This document shows, in pieces, positions 60,085-64,000 of a stretch of DNA of 64,000 bases (position 1 is the first letter of the stretch; every line of letters begins with the position of its first letter). This DNA is from Felis catus. Taxonomy: Eukaryota. The notes beneath the pieces are model-generated. The model was not told the origin of the DNA. It made no database searches and was given only the letters and a program-made list of their open reading frames with translations. Location: NCBI RefSeq assembly GCF_018350175.1, contig NC_058373.1:114330001-114394000 (forward strand), given 5' to 3'. Both the position numbers and the translations under genes were made by a program.

Positions 60085-61949
60085 GGGGTGGCACCATAAA
60101 AAAGGTGACTGGAACATTCCTAAAGTGTATCACATTTTGAAGGAAGACCAGTGTCAAATCTCTACACTAAATCATTTGTCTTCAATGCAAATTCCAGATT
60201 AATACTGAAGTATTGTGATACAAGCATTGGGTTTGGAATTAAACAGCTCAATTCCCACTCCTTACCACCTCCATAAACTTGGGCAAACCATTTGATCTCT
60301 AGAAGCCTCAGTTTCTGTAAAAAGTCCCCATAAAACAGGGACTGAGGTGAAGAACAGAGGGAAGGGGGGCTCTTGAACACAGAGAGTTTCTACACAAATG
60401 CTCACAAAGGCTATGGGTTGGTTGGCCATTGGCAGATCCCCAGCCAATGGCACCAAGAGCCAAGAAGAAGGTCCCTGTGGCTTCCGGAATGCACAGTGAG
60501 AACTGCAGGTGAGTGCCGTTCCCACAGATTCATCCTGACCCATGAATATTTGAACTGTGCATGCGCAGTTCCCACCCAGCTGGTCTCAGGTGGAGATACT
60601 ACAAGAACACTTCTGATTCCTGGGGTGGAAGGAGGGACTCCACTCTAACCACTGCAGATTGATGTCTTAGTATCGAAGGTGTTCCTTCAGCAAACCCACA
60701 TTGCCAGTGAACGGGGATGGGCCCGAGTCTCTCGGCCTTTCTTTACACAGAAGCCTAGCTCTCCAGGCTGGATTCTCCTCCCGCCGAAGGTGAGTTGGCC
60801 TGGGGTGTCTCTCCTCCATGCCCACTCTGGTTCTGTAGCCCCAGCCCTTGGGACACCTGAATTTGTTCTCTTCTGAGCCTGGGGGTGCTGAGGGAACACA
60901 GTGGGGTTCTACACAGCAGCTCAGGTAACAAAAAGAGCAGGGGGGTGAAGGAGAAATGGCCAGGGACCTGTGGGAGGCACCTTAATGTGAGTTGTGGGAT
61001 GGCAAGGAGGTGCGTAACCCAAAGGTGGAGGTATGGCCCCAGGCAGCCCAGGAAACAGATTACTGCGAGGCTCCTGTCCTCCCCCACCCATGTCTTGACA
61101 AGAATTATCATTCCACTCAAGATAAACAGCAGGGCCATATTGTACGCTGGATGCTCTTTGACTTGCCTTTTGTGAGTGCATTTCTTTTGCATTTTATGTA
61201 GGGAGGTGAATTTCTACCTCTTGGTGATCCTACCTACCTTTGAAGTACCTGCCAAATTTCCCTAAGCTCAAAAGGAAACTTTCTTTAAGGGCTGATAAAC
61301 CAAGAGAAGCAGTAGTATCCTGTGTGATCCACTCACCTATGTTTTTTCTATAAAAGTATCTTCTATTAAGGAAAGGCATCTTTTATTAAAGTTTCTATTA
61401 AGCTAATTTTGCTTATTAGCTAAGCGAGTACAGGGCCTTAAAAAAGTAAACCACTAAGTACATATTCTTTACTCAACGTCACTGTTGGCAATGTGTCCCC
61501 ATCCAACTCTGGATGCTCTTCAGAGAAAAATGAATGAATGTCATACTAGGTCCTTTTACTCTGGAATCCACGGCTGTGCTTCACGTTATCCCCTACAGCC
61601 ACCTCTGCCCTTCCCCTGAGTCACAGACCTTCATGTCTGGTTCCAGGGCCCCAAACCGGAAGCACACAACATCCCTCTGTCTCCTATCTGCCCCTCTCCC
61701 TCAGAAGGCTGTCCCTCAGTTTTTCAACTGGCTTCGTAAAGGGGCAAACCTTCTACCTTCTGAAATTCTTAAACAAACAAACAAACAAACAAAAAAACCT
61801 AATAAACTCACACATGCTTTCAAATTCCCAATTTGAATTTTCAATTCCCAGTGGGGCCACGTCAGGTAACACAGTGACATAGAATCAGTTTCTCCGTTCC
61901 ATCCACCTCCTCCCTCCCTTTCTTTATTCCTCCTTCTCCACCCCCATGA

Positions 61950-62460
61950 TACAAGTTAGAGCTTCTTGGCCGCAAGCAACAGAAATGCGATCTGGCTGAC
62001 TGAAGCAAAATAGAAATTCACTGAAAGGGTAGTATATACCTCACATAATCTGTCTACATGTTGACTCTGTCTACAAGTTTGGGACTCTGCAGCCGGAGGA
62101 ATTTCCTTAAAACACAGCCCAGGGCTTGCCTAGTTAGAACACCACCTGCCGGGGGTACTGGGCACGGTGGCTTGTGCCACTAGCACGCCATCCCTGGACC
62201 CTACACCCAGCTCCTAGCCCCACAGCCACCACTGCCCCCAAACTCACACCACCTCCAGAGAGAGTTTACTGGTCTCCACTTCTTCGAATCATTAGCTCCT
62301 GTTCTGAGTACGAGGGCAGGCACGGCTGATTGCCAAAGCCCAGGTCATAGGTCCGTGCCCTGGCCTCAAAGGGAGGCCGGGAAAGGGAACACATGGCATT
62401 TTCATCATCTAAAGAGGCGGGCTCTCATGCCACCCATTAGGACTAGGAAGGCAGGAATCC
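61950..62460 (-). mobile_element. Very old MLT1 (K/L/N-like) LTR
   Basis: CTTGGCCGCAAGCAACAGAAA...TCTGGCTGACTGAAGCAAAA; TGATTGCCAAAGCCCAGGTCA. Confidence 0.55.
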
Positions 62461-62789
62461 CTAAACATGGGGAAAGGTTCAGGCACCAGCCGAAAGAAAA
62501 GCAACCATGGGTGACGTTCTCCAAGCCACTCGGCTCTCTGCTGCTTCCCCCCGCACCCAGATCCACTGCCCCGGTAATCAGTGGAGGAGAATATTATAGG
62601 ACAGAGACGTTCCCACACTTGACCCAGATAGTCTCTGACTCCTACTATGTCTAAGAGTAGAACAAACACTGGTTTTGATTGTCCACCAGACCACAAGCTG
62701 CCTAAAGGCATGGAACATGTGATAGATCATTTGTAAAAATGGCTACAAACGCTCCTATCCTCTAGATGGGACTTTGCAGCTCCTCGCCC

Positions 62790-63213
62790 GAGGAGCAGAG
62801 TCTTCTTCCCGTCTCAGTGCATCCCTGTCCAACTGCCAATTGTAGCACCTGTATCTCCGCCTGGGGCCTGTCTCTGGCCATCAGAGCCGCCCTGCCCATC
62901 CTCACAGCAGGGTAGAAGGGCCAAGTGGCCCTCAACCCATGACTGAGGGACTGCCGTATGCATACCCCAGCTCCTTGCCCCTTGGGTGTGCTTCCCTGAG
63001 ACACGTGTCCTTTACGGTTCCTAGACCGTCCCACAAGATCAAGGTCCAGCCACCCCCAGTGATACTAACTGGAAAACAAGCCCCTTTATTGGCTGCCTTC
63101 CCTTCTCTGACTCACTCCCCCGCTCTCCTACTGGGGCTTGCTGGGGTCACCTCTCAAATTAACCACTGCACTCAAATCCTTATCTTGGGGTTTACTTCTA
63201 AGCAACTAAAGAC
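62790..63213 (+). mobile_element. LTR16-like ERVL LTR
   Basis: CCCTCAACCCATGACTGA...ATACCCCAGCTCCTTGCCCTTGGG...TTTATTGGCTGCCTTCCCTTC...CACTGCACTCAAATCCTTATCT. Confidence 0.75.
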
Positions 63214-63754
63214 CAGGGGGCACCGGGCTGGGGCTTCTACTCAGAACCACTGTTGCTGTCAGCATCTCACCTCTGTTTCCACTGCTTCCTCCACTCCAGT
63301 GAGGGAGCCACCTGCATAGACACTGCCCTCTAACCCACCCGCACCGCCTCTGTGCGCAAACACCCCAGGACAGCTCCTCACGGGGCTTCAGTGGCTTGAA
63401 GAACCATTTCCTCCACCATCTGGCTTTGTCCTTCACTCTGCCATCCACCAACTGTGTCACCTCATGGTCTGGAGGGTGAAGGTGGGTGGAGGAGGAAAGA
63501 CTGAGAAAAGAGGAAGAGCCAGACTTGGAACAGAAAGGTGTGGAGTAGGCGGGGCTACCCTGCCTGTCTCTCTTACCGGGCCCAGATCTGGCAGAAGGCC
63601 CAACCTGAGCCCCTGGCAGGATGTGGTACTCAGAGGAACAAGTTCCCCAGCCCCAGGGACACAGGAGCCGTCTGCCCAGTGCATACATTCAAAGACATCT
63701 ACTGAGAGCCTCTCAGCTGCCAAGACTGCTCTGGGTGCTGAGATACAGTGCATG

Positions 63755-63788
63755 CACACACACGTGCGCACACACACACACACACACA
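63755..63788. repeat. (CA)n microsatellite, interrupted
   Basis: Seen directly. Confidence 0.9.
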
Positions 63789-63844
63789 ACATATATCTCT
63801 CACCCCAGGCCAGGGGTTTCTGTCTTAGAGCCTCACGGCACAGA

Positions 63845-64000
63845 GGAAGCAGAAGTAGGAATTGGTTCTGGGGTCAGGTAGACCTGTATCTAAATCCTGT
63901 CTCCAGCCTCAAGTAGCTGTGTGACCTTGGGCATGTTGGTTAACCTCTCTGTGTGTTTCCCCACTCCGAGATAGGGAGAGTAGCAGGACTTATCTCGCAG
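63845..64000 (+). mobile_element. MIR
   Basis: TAGCTGTGTGACCTTGGGCATGTTGGTTAACCTCTCTGTG. Confidence 0.85.

Noticed and set aside
61345..61425. Degenerate TCTATTAAG repeats and a 7-bp inverted repeat
   Set aside because: AT-rich, low complexity and too short to distinguish from chance

Overview
Mammalian nuclear DNA, almost certainly from a cat (Felidae): it carries 24 tRNA-derived carnivore CAN-SINEs (SINEC), three of them near-identical young SINEC_Fc-type copies. I recognise no protein-coding exon, rRNA, true tRNA or processed pseudogene; the supplied ORFs look spurious, many being SINE read-throughs. The window appears intronic or intergenic, built from SINEC, MIR, L2, L3/CR1, old and carnivore L1 fragments, MaLR/ERVL solo LTRs (MLT1, MLT2, LTR16) and DNA transposons (MER53, MER58A, MER5, MER63, Tigger-like), with repeat-free islands carrying transcription-factor motif clusters. 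I found no convincing novel biological system. Best leads: a locally templated 70-bp insertion inside an MLT1B LTR; two SINEs with apparent 3' transductions inside their TSDs; a MARE/NF-kB/AP-1/ETS cluster; a GATA/PBX-HOX/MEIS cluster; a GGAAA/TTTCC quasi-palindrome array; and a MER53 hairpin with an intact miR-1302 seed. Repeat families were assigned from remembered consensus sequences, and boundaries of old repeats are approximate.
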